The notes under the pieces are model-generated. The model searched no databases. It was given only the letters and a program-made list of their open reading frames with translations, and had not been told where the DNA came from. Made by a program: the position numbers and the translations under genes. Below, in pieces: positions 28,384 to 38,263 of a stretch of DNA of 64,000 nt (position 1 is its first letter; each line of letters begins with the position of its first letter). Origin of the DNA: Oceanispirochaeta sp. (lineage in GTDB: Bacteria; Spirochaetota; Spirochaetia; DSM-2461); contig CAXXOA010000003.1 of assembly GCA_963666275.2 (NCBI GenBank), positions 256,001 to 320,000 on the forward strand, written 5' to 3'.

Positions 28384-30725
28384 AAGAGTTTAACGTGATC
28401 CATCACTCCCATCTTCGTCTGGAAGGGGAGGAGAAGGCGGCGGGACTGACCCGCTATGCCGAGGATATCCGGCTGTTTAATGAAGCGGCGGGAGCCACTC
28501 TCTATGCCCGGTATCCCAGAGCCCGGATTCTGGAGATACATACGGAAAAAGCCGAAGCCCTTCCGGGTGTGCTGAAGGTGATTACCGCAAAGGACATCCC
28601 CGGTTCCAACTGCCTGTTCGGACGGTTTCCCGTTCTGGCGGCAGAGGAAGTCAAATACATCGGCGATGCTGTGGCCTGTGTGGCCGCCTGCGACAGAGAG
28701 ACTGCCGAAAAAGCGGTCAGTCTGATAGAGGTGGAGTACAGGGAGATCCCCGGGATCTTCTCTCTGGAGGATGCCCGGAATCCGGATCTGGCTCCAGTGC
28801 ACGAGGACAGACCCGACAATACCATGGAAAATACTTTTTATCCCCTCTATGCGGGGGATATTGAAAAGGGTCTGGCTCAGGCGGACCTGAGGGTCAGCGA
28901 AGAGTACGACACGCCCTTTTCCATAAACGGATACATCGAGCCCGACAGCATTGTGGCCGACAGGGATCCCCTGACAGGGGGCGTGGTTATCTACGGCTGT
29001 ATTCAGAATGTCTTCTCCATCCGGGGATCGGTCTGCGGGGCCCTGAACCTTCCCGCTTCCCGGGTCCGGGTGATTCAGTCTGCCATCGGAGGCAGTTTCG
29101 GAGGAAAGAACGAAACCTCTGTGACTCTTGCCTGCCGGGCGGCCCTTCTTTCCGTCCTGACAGGCCGGGCCGTCAGGCTGCGGTTCAGCCGGAGGGATGT
29201 CTTTGTTTCCGGAGTGAAGCGTCATCCCTATCATCTGGCTATTGAAGCCGGCGTCAGCTCCGACGGGGAGATCTGCGGATGGCGGAACAGGGTCTCTGTG
29301 ATCGGAGGGCCCTATAACAACCAGGCCATGTTTGCCAACTGGCGGGCGTCGGTCCACTCTGCGGGACCCTACAGAACGCCCCATGTGAAAACGGATATTC
29401 AGGCCTACTATACCAATACCCCCTATGCCGGAGCCTACCGGGGCTTCAGCGCTCCCCAGATGTGTTTTGCCGTGGAGAGCATGATCGATGAGCTGGCCCA
29501 TAAAGCGGGAATGGACCCCGCCGAGTTCCGCAGGAAAAACTTTGTCCGTCCCGGAGATGCCCTGACCTGCGGTCAGGAAGTGGATCCCGGGGTCATGGTT
29601 CTGCCTCTGGAAGAGATGCTGGACCATGTGCTGGAGAGGGGCGAATATCAGGCGAAAAAGGCCGAATTCAATCAGTTCAACCGGGAGAACCGGCGGTACC
29701 GGAAAGGCCTCGGCCTGGCGGCGACCTTCCGGGGCTGCGGTCTGGGCGGCGAAGGGTTTGACGTGGCCGGCGCCAGGATCATCATAGAGAAAGACGGATC
29801 CATCCTGGTCCATTCGGATATGGTCGATATGGGGCAGGGACTGCGGACCTCCCATGCCCAGGTGGCGGCGGAAGCTCTGGGGGTCTCTCTGGAAAGGGTC
29901 CACATGGCCGAAACCGATACCTCCTCCACCCCCGACGGCGGGCCCACTGTGGCGTCCCGGGGGCTCTCGGCGGGAGGAATGGCTGTCAAAGTCTGCGCGG
30001 AAAAGCTCCGGGCCAGGATGATCTCCTCTCTGGCTGAAATCTGGAAGGTCTCTTCCCAATCCATTGAAATGAGCCTGGATAGAGTGACAGTCTCCGGGGG
30101 AGAACAGGATCTCTCATTTGAAGAGGCGGCTTTTCTTATTATCAACGACAACGGTATAGGGCTCCAGGCCGAAGGCTGGTTCAATCCGGGGATCTCCGAA
30201 ATTGATCCGGCGACCGGTCAGGGAACCTGCTATCCCACCTATCTTTCCGCAGTGACCCTGACGGAGGTTCTGGTGGACCTTTACACAGGGCAGATCCGGG
30301 TTCCCCGGGTCACCATGGCCTACGAGGTGGGCCGGGCTGTGAACCCGGATATCGTGAGGGGCCAGATTGTGGGCGGATATACCCAGGGGCTGGGATACGC
30401 TTTGAGCGAGAATTTCATTACCAGTGAGGGCTATGTGAAAACCACAAGTTTCGGCTCCTATCTTATGCCGGGAATAGCGGACGCCCCGGAGTTTGATCTT
30501 GAAATATTCGAACAGGACTTTCATACAGGCCCCTACGGAGCCAAAGGGGTGGGAGAAGTCGGTGTGGAGCTGGCCGCTCCCGGTGTGGCCAACGCTGTCT
30601 TTCATGCTACAGGCTGCCGGGTGCGTTCCCTGCCTCTGAATATGGAAAAAATGGCCCCTCTGTTCCTGCAGAGGGAAGAGATACATCCCGGCGGGAGTGA
30701 AGGGGAAAATCATGGAGTATCATAA
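28380..30725 (+). CDS. Xanthine dehydrogenase family molybdopterin-binding subunit
   Basis: IGGSFGGK, AYRGF, DMGQG..T, GAKGVGE; GGAGG RBS before GTG. Confidence 0.92.
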   Translation: MKEFNVIHHSHLRLEGEEKAAGLTRYAEDIRLFNEAAGATLYARYPRARILEIHTEKAEALPGVLKVITAKDIPGSNCLFGRFPVLAAEEVKYIGDAVACVAACDRETAEKAVSLIEVEYREIPGIFSLEDARNPDLAPVHEDRPDNTMENTFYPLYAGDIEKGLAQADLRVSEEYDTPFSINGYIEPDSIVADRDPLTGGVVIYGCIQNVFSIRGSVCGALNLPASRVRVIQSAIGGSFGGKNETSVTLACRAALLSVLTGRAVRLRFSRRDVFVSGVKRHPYHLAIEAGVSSDGEICGWRNRVSVIGGPYNNQAMFANWRASVHSAGPYRTPHVKTDIQAYYTNTPYAGAYRGFSAPQMCFAVESMIDELAHKAGMDPAEFRRKNFVRPGDALTCGQEVDPGVMVLPLEEMLDHVLERGEYQAKKAEFNQFNRENRRYRKGLGLAATFRGCGLGGEGFDVAGARIIIEKDGSILVHSDMVDMGQGLRTSHAQVAAEALGVSLERVHMAETDTSSTPDGGPTVASRGLSAGGMAVKVCAEKLRARMISSLAEIWKVSSQSIEMSLDRVTVSGGEQDLSFEEAAFLIINDNGIGLQAEGWFNPGISEIDPATGQGTCYPTYLSAVTLTEVLVDLYTGQIRVPRVTMAYEVGRAVNPDIVRGQIVGGYTQGLGYALSENFITSEGYVKTTSFGSYLMPGIADAPEFDLEIFEQDFHTGPYGAKGVGEVGVELAAPGVANAVFHATGCRVRSLPLNMEKMAPLFLQREEIHPGGSEGENHGVS

Positions 30726-31542
30726 ACTGGCATCTCTCGAAGAGATCAGGCCTCTGACGGCGGACAGAAAAGTTGTCCGCTTTCTGGCAGGCGGTACAGA
30801 CCTGATGTACAGGGTCAAAAAGAACTTTCTGAAAACCGACCAGCTCACACTGCTGGATCTTTCGGGCCTTGAAGGCCTGGCTGGGGTGGAGATACAGGAC
30901 GGCGAGATTGTCATCGGCGGCATGACCACCCTGAACGACCTCATACAGGCTCTGGAGGAGGGTGATCATCTGCCTCTCCTGTCAGAAGCCCTCAGATCCG
31001 CCGCGTCTCCCCTGATCAGAAACAGGGCGACCCTGGGCGGTCATATCGGAGGTTCCTATCCCAATTCCCATATCCTGCCGGCCCTCCTGGCCCTGGGCTG
31101 CCGGGTGGAACTCAGAGAGGCGGGGGGGCAGATCACTGTCTCTCCTCTGGAGGATCTGCAGGGCCGTGCCTATCATAACAGGCTGGAGAAGGGGACGCTG
31201 ATCCTCTCTCTCAGAATCCCCTGTGAACAGCCCGTGAGGACCCTCTACTGGGGCTACGGGCCCCGGAAGGATTTTGCCTTTGCTCCAATGGTGCTGGCAC
31301 TGGCCGAAGGGGCAGACGGAAGCTTCAGGATAGCCGGAGGCGGCAGGGAGTGGGTTCCCCGGCGGTTTCCCCTTTTGGAAAAGGCCCTTGCCGATTCCGC
31401 CGTTCCTGACAGGACGGCTCTGAAGGGGCTGATCGAGGAGGAGAGGGCCGCCCTCTTCCAGGGACAGGGGGACTTTTCGGAGTATGAGAAAACCCTGCTG
31501 TTCCGCTTTCTCAGCGATGCGCTCACCCGGGAGGACATATGA
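30712..31542 (+). CDS. Xanthine dehydrogenase family FAD-binding subunit
   Basis: LAGGTDL, IRNRATLGG. Confidence 0.9.
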   Translation: MEYHKLASLEEIRPLTADRKVVRFLAGGTDLMYRVKKNFLKTDQLTLLDLSGLEGLAGVEIQDGEIVIGGMTTLNDLIQALEEGDHLPLLSEALRSAASPLIRNRATLGGHIGGSYPNSHILPALLALGCRVELREAGGQITVSPLEDLQGRAYHNRLEKGTLILSLRIPCEQPVRTLYWGYGPRKDFAFAPMVLALAEGADGSFRIAGGGREWVPRRFPLLEKALADSAVPDRTALKGLIEEERAALFQGQGDFSEYEKTLLFRFLSDALTREDI

Positions 31543-32009
31543 ATATTACTCTGAATGTGAATGGACAGGACTATCCGGTGGTAATCTCTCCCGAAGAGAG
31601 CCTGCTGACTGTTTTACGAGACCGTCTGAATCTGATCGGCACGAAAGAGGGCTGCGGCACCGGAGAGTGCGGATCCTGTACGGTCCTGGCGGATGACAGA
31701 CCCCTCAAATCCTGTCTCACCTGGGCGGTTCAGATGGAAGGGAGGAAAATCCTGACCATCGAGGGAATGACCCGGTCCGGTCACCCTCTTCATCCCGTAC
31801 AGAAGGCCTATGTCGAAGCGGGAGCCGTTCAGTGCGGATTCTGTACCCCCGGTTTTGTTCTGGCCACCTACGGACTGCTCAAAAAGTATCCCGACCCGAC
31901 GGATAATCAGATAAAAGAAGAACTGGCGGGGAATATTTGCCGATGTACTGGGTATGAAACCATTCTTGCAGCTGTGAAACTGGCTGCGGCAAATATGAAG
32001 GAGCTTTGA
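31539..32009 (+). CDS. Xanthine dehydrogenase family 2Fe-2S subunit
   Basis: GTKEGCG.GECGSCTV, QCGFCTPG, GNICRCTGY. Confidence 0.95.
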   Translation: MNITLNVNGQDYPVVISPEESLLTVLRDRLNLIGTKEGCGTGECGSCTVLADDRPLKSCLTWAVQMEGRKILTIEGMTRSGHPLHPVQKAYVEAGAVQCGFCTPGFVLATYGLLKKYPDPTDNQIKEELAGNICRCTGYETILAAVKLAAANMKEL

Positions 32010-32010
32010 T

Positions 32011-33045
32011 ATGTCTGAAAAAGGAAATGTACCCCCTAAACATTGCACCATTGATACGGTAGCCCGGAAGGCCGGAGTGTCTCCCGCTACGGTGTCCCGT
32101 GTGATGAACAGGCCCGAGTCCGTTTCCACAGACAAGAGAATCAAAGTTCTGGAGGCCATGGAGCAGCTGAACTACAGTCCCAGTCCCCTGGCCCGGGGGC
32201 TGGCAACGGATTCGCTGAGGCTGGTGGGAATCCTGATTCCCAACATAACCAACCAGGCCAACTCCCAGATCGTTTACGGCGCCATGGACGTGCTTGAGAA
32301 AAAGGGCTACGGGGTTCTCCTTTTTGATGCCCGGGAGGATCTGGAGCGGGAGATGAGTCTCTATTCCAGCATTCCCAAAAAACTGATGGACGGCGTGATT
32401 GTCATATATGGAAACGGCAGTGAAAAGGAGTATGAACTCCTGAACCAGGGGCTTCCTGTGGTTCTGGCGGGTCCTCCGGGAATGGATCTCCCTCTGGACC
32501 AGCTGACGGCCAATGAAAGCCTGGGGTTTATGAATCTGATCCAGTACCTCTACGGTCTGGGACACAGGGAGATCGCCTTTCTCTACGGCAGCGAGGAAAC
32601 CTCCGGAGGGATCCGCCGGAAAAAGCATTTTCTCAGAGTCATGGAGGAGTTCGGGCTGACTGTGAACCCCCGGTACCTGTCCGGCTGCGAGTGGACTCTC
32701 GAAGGGGGCTACGAGGGGGCTCAGAGCCTCTTCTCCCGGGGGATCCGTCCCACCGCGCTGATAGGGTCTTCCGACCAGATTGCCATCGGCGCCATGCGGT
32801 ACCTGAAAGAACAGGGTTACCGTATCCCCGGGGACATCTCTGTGACAGGGCTGGATAACTCTCCCATGAGCCGCTTTGTCACCCCCAGCCTGACCACTCT
32901 GGATCTGCCCCATCATGTGATGGGAGCCTCCGCGGCGGAGCTGCTCCTGCAGAAGATCTCCGACCCCGGACATGCCCCTGTAAAGAAGGTCCTTCCCCTG
33001 GACGTGGTGGCCCGGGAGTCCTCCGGACCGGTCAGGAAAGATTAA
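32011..33045 (+). CDS. LacI-family transcriptional regulator
   Basis: TIDTVARKAGVSPATVSRVMN; IPGDISVTGLD; PSLTTL. Confidence 0.93.
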   Translation: MSEKGNVPPKHCTIDTVARKAGVSPATVSRVMNRPESVSTDKRIKVLEAMEQLNYSPSPLARGLATDSLRLVGILIPNITNQANSQIVYGAMDVLEKKGYGVLLFDAREDLEREMSLYSSIPKKLMDGVIVIYGNGSEKEYELLNQGLPVVLAGPPGMDLPLDQLTANESLGFMNLIQYLYGLGHREIAFLYGSEETSGGIRRKKHFLRVMEEFGLTVNPRYLSGCEWTLEGGYEGAQSLFSRGIRPTALIGSSDQIAIGAMRYLKEQGYRIPGDISVTGLDNSPMSRFVTPSLTTLDLPHHVMGASAAELLLQKISDPGHAPVKKVLPLDVVARESSGPVRKD

Positions 33046-33099
33046 AACAGCAGATTTACCGGAATGCCTTCCGGAATACTGAAATTGTGAGGATGGTTC

Positions 33100-34422
33100 A
33101 TGAAATTGTATAAAACGGACTGGCTTGTGGTCAGTGCCGATAAGGTTCTTGAAAAAATGACCCTGGTGGTGGATCAGGGACAGGTCCGCTCCTGGATCAG
33201 CTGGGACGAAACCCAGGAGTTTCTCAGCCGCAACCCCGGAGCGGAAATGGCGGATTTTACCGCGCACATTCTCTTTCCCGGTTTTATCAATGCCCATATG
33301 CATCAGTACGGACTTCTGGCCCACGGGATTCCCGTCCACGGCGAGATCAGGGACTTTGAGGATTTTCTTAAAATCTTCTGGTGGCCCCTGGTGGAGGACC
33401 GGATCAGGATGAAGCAGATCGGAATAACAACCCGTTTTTCCGCGGCCGAGATGATCCAGTCGGGGGTGACAGGGTTCTGCGATACCCTGGAAGCTCCTCT
33501 CAGCGAAGAGGGCTCTCTGATTGAACAGGCGAAGATCGTTGAATCCATCGGTATGAAGGCCCTCCTCTCTCTGGAAAGCAGCGAGAGGATCGATCTGGAT
33601 AACGGCATGCGCTGCCTGGAGGAGAATGCGGAGCTGATCCGCTGGTGCCGGGAAAACAGCCGTCTTGTCGGGGGCGCCGTCTGTACGCACACCTCCTTTT
33701 CCTGTTCAGTCCCGTTTCTGAAAAAAGCGGCGGATCTGGCCGGGTCTCTGGACTCTCTCTGGCAGTTCCATCTTTCCGAAAGCCGGTATGAGCCCGATTA
33801 TGCGGCGGAGCATTTTTCCTCCCTCCCTGTAAATCACTACTATAGAGAGGGGCTTCTCTCCTCCCGGGTGCTGGCATCCCAGTGCGTCAAGGTGACAGAG
33901 GAGGAGATTGCTCTTCTCAGTGAGACCGGTGTGAGAGCGGTCCATATGCCTGTGAGCAACTGCGAAGTGGGAGGCGGTTTCGCTCCCGTCCCGGCCATGC
34001 TGAAGGCAGGGATTCCCGTGGCTCTGGGGAGCGACGGCTATGACAACAACTTTCTGAATGTCATGAAAATGGCCTTCCTTGTTCATAAATCGGTTCTGGA
34101 GGACCCCTCGGCCATGCCGGCCCGGGATGTTTTCCGCATGGCCACCGAATCGGGAGCTCAGGCTCTGGGCTGGACGGACTGCGGGACTCTGGAGACGGGG
34201 AAAGATGCGGATTTTGTCTGCTTCTCCCGGAGCATACCCACCCCTGTGACCAGGGAGAATCTCTTTGATCAGATTGTGGTATACGGAAAGAAAGAGTCCA
34301 TCAGCCATGTGTACAGGCAGGGGGAGGCCCTCCTTGAAAATGGAAAGCTCACCACCCTGGACAGGGAGGCCCTCACCGAAGAGGCCGCAGAAACCGCAGC
34401 GGAATTCTGGAGGGGCCTGTGA
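33100..34422 (+). CDS. Amidohydrolase (SsnA-like)
   Basis: PGFINAHMH, FHLSES, LGSDG, GTLETGKDAD. Confidence 0.88.
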   Translation: MKLYKTDWLVVSADKVLEKMTLVVDQGQVRSWISWDETQEFLSRNPGAEMADFTAHILFPGFINAHMHQYGLLAHGIPVHGEIRDFEDFLKIFWWPLVEDRIRMKQIGITTRFSAAEMIQSGVTGFCDTLEAPLSEEGSLIEQAKIVESIGMKALLSLESSERIDLDNGMRCLEENAELIRWCRENSRLVGGAVCTHTSFSCSVPFLKKAADLAGSLDSLWQFHLSESRYEPDYAAEHFSSLPVNHYYREGLLSSRVLASQCVKVTEEEIALLSETGVRAVHMPVSNCEVGGGFAPVPAMLKAGIPVALGSDGYDNNFLNVMKMAFLVHKSVLEDPSAMPARDVFRMATESGAQALGWTDCGTLETGKDADFVCFSRSIPTPVTRENLFDQIVVYGKKESISHVYRQGEALLENGKLTTLDREALTEEAAETAAEFWRGL

Positions 34423-36029
34423 TGACTGAGATTGTTATAAACAGCTGCCGCATTCTGGACGGGACGGGGCGTCCTTCCTACGAGGGAAGCCTCCTTATTA
34501 AAGAGGGCAGGATCGAAAGGATTGTCCCTGCTGATCAGACCAATACAGTTCTCACCGCAACGACTGTCATTGACGGTCAGGGCCTGACGGCCATGCCCGG
34601 ATTCATCGATACCCACAGCCACAACGATGTGGATGCTCTGAAGGATCCCGTGATTGCTCCCAAGCTACTGCAGGGCATCACAACGGAAATCCTGGGACAG
34701 GACGGCCTCTCAGTGGCTCCGGTCCGGAAAGATCCGGCCCTCTGGGAGGAGTATCTGAAGGGCTTCTACGGCGGCGGACTGGATCTGAGCGCAGAGGTCT
34801 GCTCCGGGACGGGAGCCTATCTGGAGGCTCTGGAAAAAGCCGGGACCTGTGCCAACTACGGATACCTGGTTCCCCATGGAAACCTCCGCTACTGCTGTAT
34901 GGAGAATCCCGGAGAGGAGGCTGATGAAAAGGAAAGCCACCGCATGGCGGAACTCCTGGCCGAAGAGTTCCGGCAGGGCGCTCTTGGCTGGTCTACGGGG
35001 CTGATCTATCCGCCCTGCAGTGCGGCCCGGCAGCAAGAGATGGAAATCCTGGCTGCCGTGGCCGCAGAGGCGGACAAGCCCTTTGTGGTCCATCAGAGAA
35101 GCGAATCCGATGATATCCTCTCTTCCATGGAAGAGCTCTTTCAGATCAGTGAGAAAACGGGAATGGCCCTGCATATTTCCCACTTCAAAATCTGCGGATT
35201 CAAAAATATGGCTCTCCTGGACAAAGTACTGGCTATGATAGACGCCGCTCCCTCCCGGGGAATCCGGTTTTCCATGGATGTGTATCCCTATGTGGCGGGG
35301 AGCACCGCCATGTCGGCCATGCTTCCCCCCTGGGTCAAAAAAGGTTCCCCCGCACAGATGCTGGAAAGGTTGAAAGAGAAGGACGTGAGGCGGCAGATCC
35401 GCCTGGATATGGAGACGGGAATCCCCGGATGGGATAACTTTGCCGACTTTGCGGGGTTCGACAATATTTTCGTGGCATCGGCGAAAACGCCCCAGGGAGA
35501 GGCTCTGGTGGGCAAAAGCCTGAGCGAGCTGGGGGAACTCTGGAACAGCTTTCCCTCGGATGCCCTCTGCGATCTTCTGATCCAGGAGGAAAATCAGGTC
35601 TCCCTGGTGGATTACTACACCGAGGAGTCTGTGCTGGAGGCCTTCCTCAAAAGGCCTGAAACCAATATCTGTACCGACGGTCTGCTCAATGGTTCCTCCC
35701 ACCCCCGGACCTTCGGCTCCTTTCCCCGGATGATCAGCCGTTTTGTCAGGGAGAAGGGACTGCTTTCTATGGAAGAGGCCGTCTTCAAAATGACAGCAAA
35801 AGGGGCCCGGGTCTTCGGCATCGAAGACAGAGGGACTCTGGAGCCTGGGAAAGCCGCGGATATCGTCCTGGCCGACATGGAGGCTCTGGAAGACCGGGGA
35901 ACTTTCTCCCGGCCCGCTGCGCATCCCGGGGGCATCGCGGGAATCTATGTGAACGGAGAGCCTGTCGTTTCGGCAGGACAGACTGCTGACAGCCGTCCCG
36001 GTCGGATTCTACGGAACCGGAATCAGTAA
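34419..36029 (+). CDS. N-acyl-D-amino-acid deacylase family amidohydrolase
   Basis: PGFIDTHSH, HISHFK, DVYPY.AGST, HPRTFGSFPR. Confidence 0.9.
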   Translation: MMTEIVINSCRILDGTGRPSYEGSLLIKEGRIERIVPADQTNTVLTATTVIDGQGLTAMPGFIDTHSHNDVDALKDPVIAPKLLQGITTEILGQDGLSVAPVRKDPALWEEYLKGFYGGGLDLSAEVCSGTGAYLEALEKAGTCANYGYLVPHGNLRYCCMENPGEEADEKESHRMAELLAEEFRQGALGWSTGLIYPPCSAARQQEMEILAAVAAEADKPFVVHQRSESDDILSSMEELFQISEKTGMALHISHFKICGFKNMALLDKVLAMIDAAPSRGIRFSMDVYPYVAGSTAMSAMLPPWVKKGSPAQMLERLKEKDVRRQIRLDMETGIPGWDNFADFAGFDNIFVASAKTPQGEALVGKSLSELGELWNSFPSDALCDLLIQEENQVSLVDYYTEESVLEAFLKRPETNICTDGLLNGSSHPRTFGSFPRMISRFVREKGLLSMEEAVFKMTAKGARVFGIEDRGTLEPGKAADIVLADMEALEDRGTFSRPAAHPGGIAGIYVNGEPVVSAGQTADSRPGRILRNRNQ

Positions 36030-36100
36030 AAAAATAAAACGAAATAGAAGAGCTTCAGGCCAGGGTTTCCCGGTCCCGGGGCTTTCACAGGAGTAGAAAA

Positions 36101-37276
36101 ATGGAAATTACCAATCAGGAAGTTGTAGAACTCTGCAGCCGTCTTATAAAGTCTCCCAGCGTGTCCGGACAGGAACAGGGAGTTGTTGAAATTGCCCGGA
36201 AATACTGGGAGTCCAAAGGCCTGGGAAAATTTACTGTAGACCCCTACGGGAATTTCGTGGCCGAGGTGGAAGGCCGTCGTCCCGGGCAGACCATCCTCTT
36301 TGATGCCCATATCGACACGGTTCCGGCAGATCCCGCCCAGTGGTCCATGGATCCCTGGTGCGGAGATATCCGGGAGGGGAAGGTGTACGGAAGGGGCGCC
36401 TCGGATATGAAGGGAGCTCTGGCTTCCATGCTGGCCGGGGCGGCGGCTTTTCATGCCGAAACAGCCGGGAATTTCGCCGGAAAAATCTGTGTGGCCGGTG
36501 TGGTCCACGAAGAGTGTTTCGAGGGCATCTCCGCCAGGCTTATCAGTGAAGCCGTCAAGCCCGACCTGGTTGTCATCGGCGAGGCCTCCCAGCTGAATCT
36601 GAAAATCGGTCAGCGGGGAAGGGGAGAGATCGTGGTGGAAACCTTCGGTGTGAATGCCCATTCGGCCAACCCCGAAACGGGACGGAATGCGGTTTACGAT
36701 ATGGCCCGGGTGATCCAGGCGATCCGTGAAATCGCTCCGATGGAGCAGGAGAATCTGGGCAAGGGGATCCTGGAGCTGACGGATATCAAGTCCGATCCCT
36801 ATCCGGGAGCATCGGTTGTTCCCGACTACTGCCGGGTCACCTACGACCGGAGGCTTCTGAAAGGGGAAACCCCCGAGAGTGTCTTAAAACCTCTGAAAGA
36901 GAAAGCCGCCGCTCTGACCGCTGAGGATCCTGCCATGAAGATCAAGGTCTCTCTGGCGGAAGCAAAAGAGATGTGCTACACGGGAAATGAGATCAGCGGA
37001 GAGCGGTTCTTTCCCGCCTGGTACTATGATCAGAATGAACCCTTTGTGCAGAAAGCCCTTCAGGGAATCCGCTCGGCCGGGATGGATCCAGAAATTACAA
37101 CCTATTCCTTCTGCACCAACGGCAGCCACTACGCCGGAGAGGCGGAAATCCCCACCATCGGTTTCGGTCCCTCCCGGGAAAACCTGGCCCATACGGTGGA
37201 CGAGTACATTGAAATTTCCCAGCTCGAAGGGGCCTGTCTCGGTTATCAGGGGATTATGAAGGTGTTTCTGCTTTAG
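36101..37276 (+). CDS. YgeY-family M20 metallohydrolase
   Basis: DAHIDTV, GRGASDMKG, V.EE, GQRGR.EI, FCTNG, GFGP..E.LAH..DE. Confidence 0.88.
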   Translation: MEITNQEVVELCSRLIKSPSVSGQEQGVVEIARKYWESKGLGKFTVDPYGNFVAEVEGRRPGQTILFDAHIDTVPADPAQWSMDPWCGDIREGKVYGRGASDMKGALASMLAGAAAFHAETAGNFAGKICVAGVVHEECFEGISARLISEAVKPDLVVIGEASQLNLKIGQRGRGEIVVETFGVNAHSANPETGRNAVYDMARVIQAIREIAPMEQENLGKGILELTDIKSDPYPGASVVPDYCRVTYDRRLLKGETPESVLKPLKEKAAALTAEDPAMKIKVSLAEAKEMCYTGNEISGERFFPAWYYDQNEPFVQKALQGIRSAGMDPEITTYSFCTNGSHYAGEAEIPTIGFGPSRENLAHTVDEYIEISQLEGACLGYQGIMKVFLL

Positions 37277-37321
37277 AGGGAAAATCCTTAGAATACCCGG
37301 ACAATTTTGTTTCTTCTGGAC

Positions 37322-37351
37322 AAATAGCCTACAAAAATGTAGGCTATTTTT
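37322..37351 (+). terminator. Intrinsic terminator
   Basis: aaatagcctaca/tgtaggctattt stem plus T-run. Confidence 0.7.
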
Positions 37352-37469
37352 GTTTTTCCCCAGTTTTCGGCTTCAAAACCGCCCCTGAAAGGGGTTTCAT
37401 AAAAAAAGGCAAAAATAATTTCCCATCGGATATCTGAAAAAAAATCCCCATAGTATTCTGTTAGTACAA

Positions 37470-37491
37470 GTTGTTATGACGTTATAACAAC
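37470..37491. promoter_or_regulatory. GntR/HutC-type operator GTTGTTAT-N6-ATAACAAC
   Basis: Palindrome 25 nt upstream of the GntR gene. Confidence 0.65.
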
Positions 37492-37516
37492 AGGACTTTA
37501 TTTCAGGAGATGTGTC

Positions 37517-38263
37517 GTGAGTACAGGGATTGATCCGGACAGTCTGATACCCCTTTATGCCCAGCTGGAGAAAATCCTGCTCAAAAGGATCACCTCAGGT
37601 GAGTTCCTTCCCGGTGATATGATCCCTTCGGAAATAGAACTGGGAAGTGAGTACGGGATCAGCCGGATAACTGTCCGCAAGGCCATTGAAGGACTGGTCA
37701 CCGAAGGTCTCCTGACAAAGAAAAGGGGACGGGGGACCATCGTCAATGCTCCGAAATTTGTGGACGATACATTCAGTCTGCAGAGTTTCTCGGAAAAAAC
37801 CAATCAGTCCGGCGGGGAGTTCTCAACCAGTGTTCTGGAAGTAGAGGACACGGTCGCTTCCAGTCTGATCGCTCTGCATATGGGCCTGCAGGAAGGAGAG
37901 AGGATTCTCCACATCAAAAGGCTCCGTTTCTCTGACGGCAAACCCATTGGCTATTTTGAAAACTATATTCTGGGAGAGCTGAATCTCGGTCCGGAAGAGG
38001 ATTACAGCAAATCCATCTACAGTCTGATAGAGGACAAGTGCGGCATCTCCATTAAAGAAGCCAAGCGGGAGATCTCCTCGGTTCTGGCGGACCGGGAAGT
38101 CAGTCACTATCTGGAAGTGGAAAGGCCCTCTCCTGTACTCTCCATGAAAACCTACTCCTATGATAACAGCGGCAGGGTAGTGGAGTATTCCGAAGGCTTC
38201 TACAGAGCCGACAGGTATCAGTTCACCGTTCATCTGAACCGGATGAAGGGAGGAGTGAAGTGA
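37517..38263 (+). CDS. GntR/HutC-family regulator (UTRA domain)
   Basis: PLYAQL, IPSE.EL...YGISRITVRKA, RGRGT, YRADRY. Confidence 0.93.
   Translation: MSTGIDPDSLIPLYAQLEKILLKRITSGEFLPGDMIPSEIELGSEYGISRITVRKAIEGLVTEGLLTKKRGRGTIVNAPKFVDDTFSLQSFSEKTNQSGGEFSTSVLEVEDTVASSLIALHMGLQEGERILHIKRLRFSDGKPIGYFENYILGELNLGPEEDYSKSIYSLIEDKCGISIKEAKREISSVLADREVSHYLEVERPSPVLSMKTYSYDNSGRVVEYSEGFYRADRYQFTVHLNRMKGGVK

Noticed and set aside
25472..35924. Long antisense ORFs (25472..26923+, 28290..30059-, 31879..33690-, 34710..35924-)
   Set aside because: Shadows of well-supported genes on the opposite strand; no recognisable motifs.
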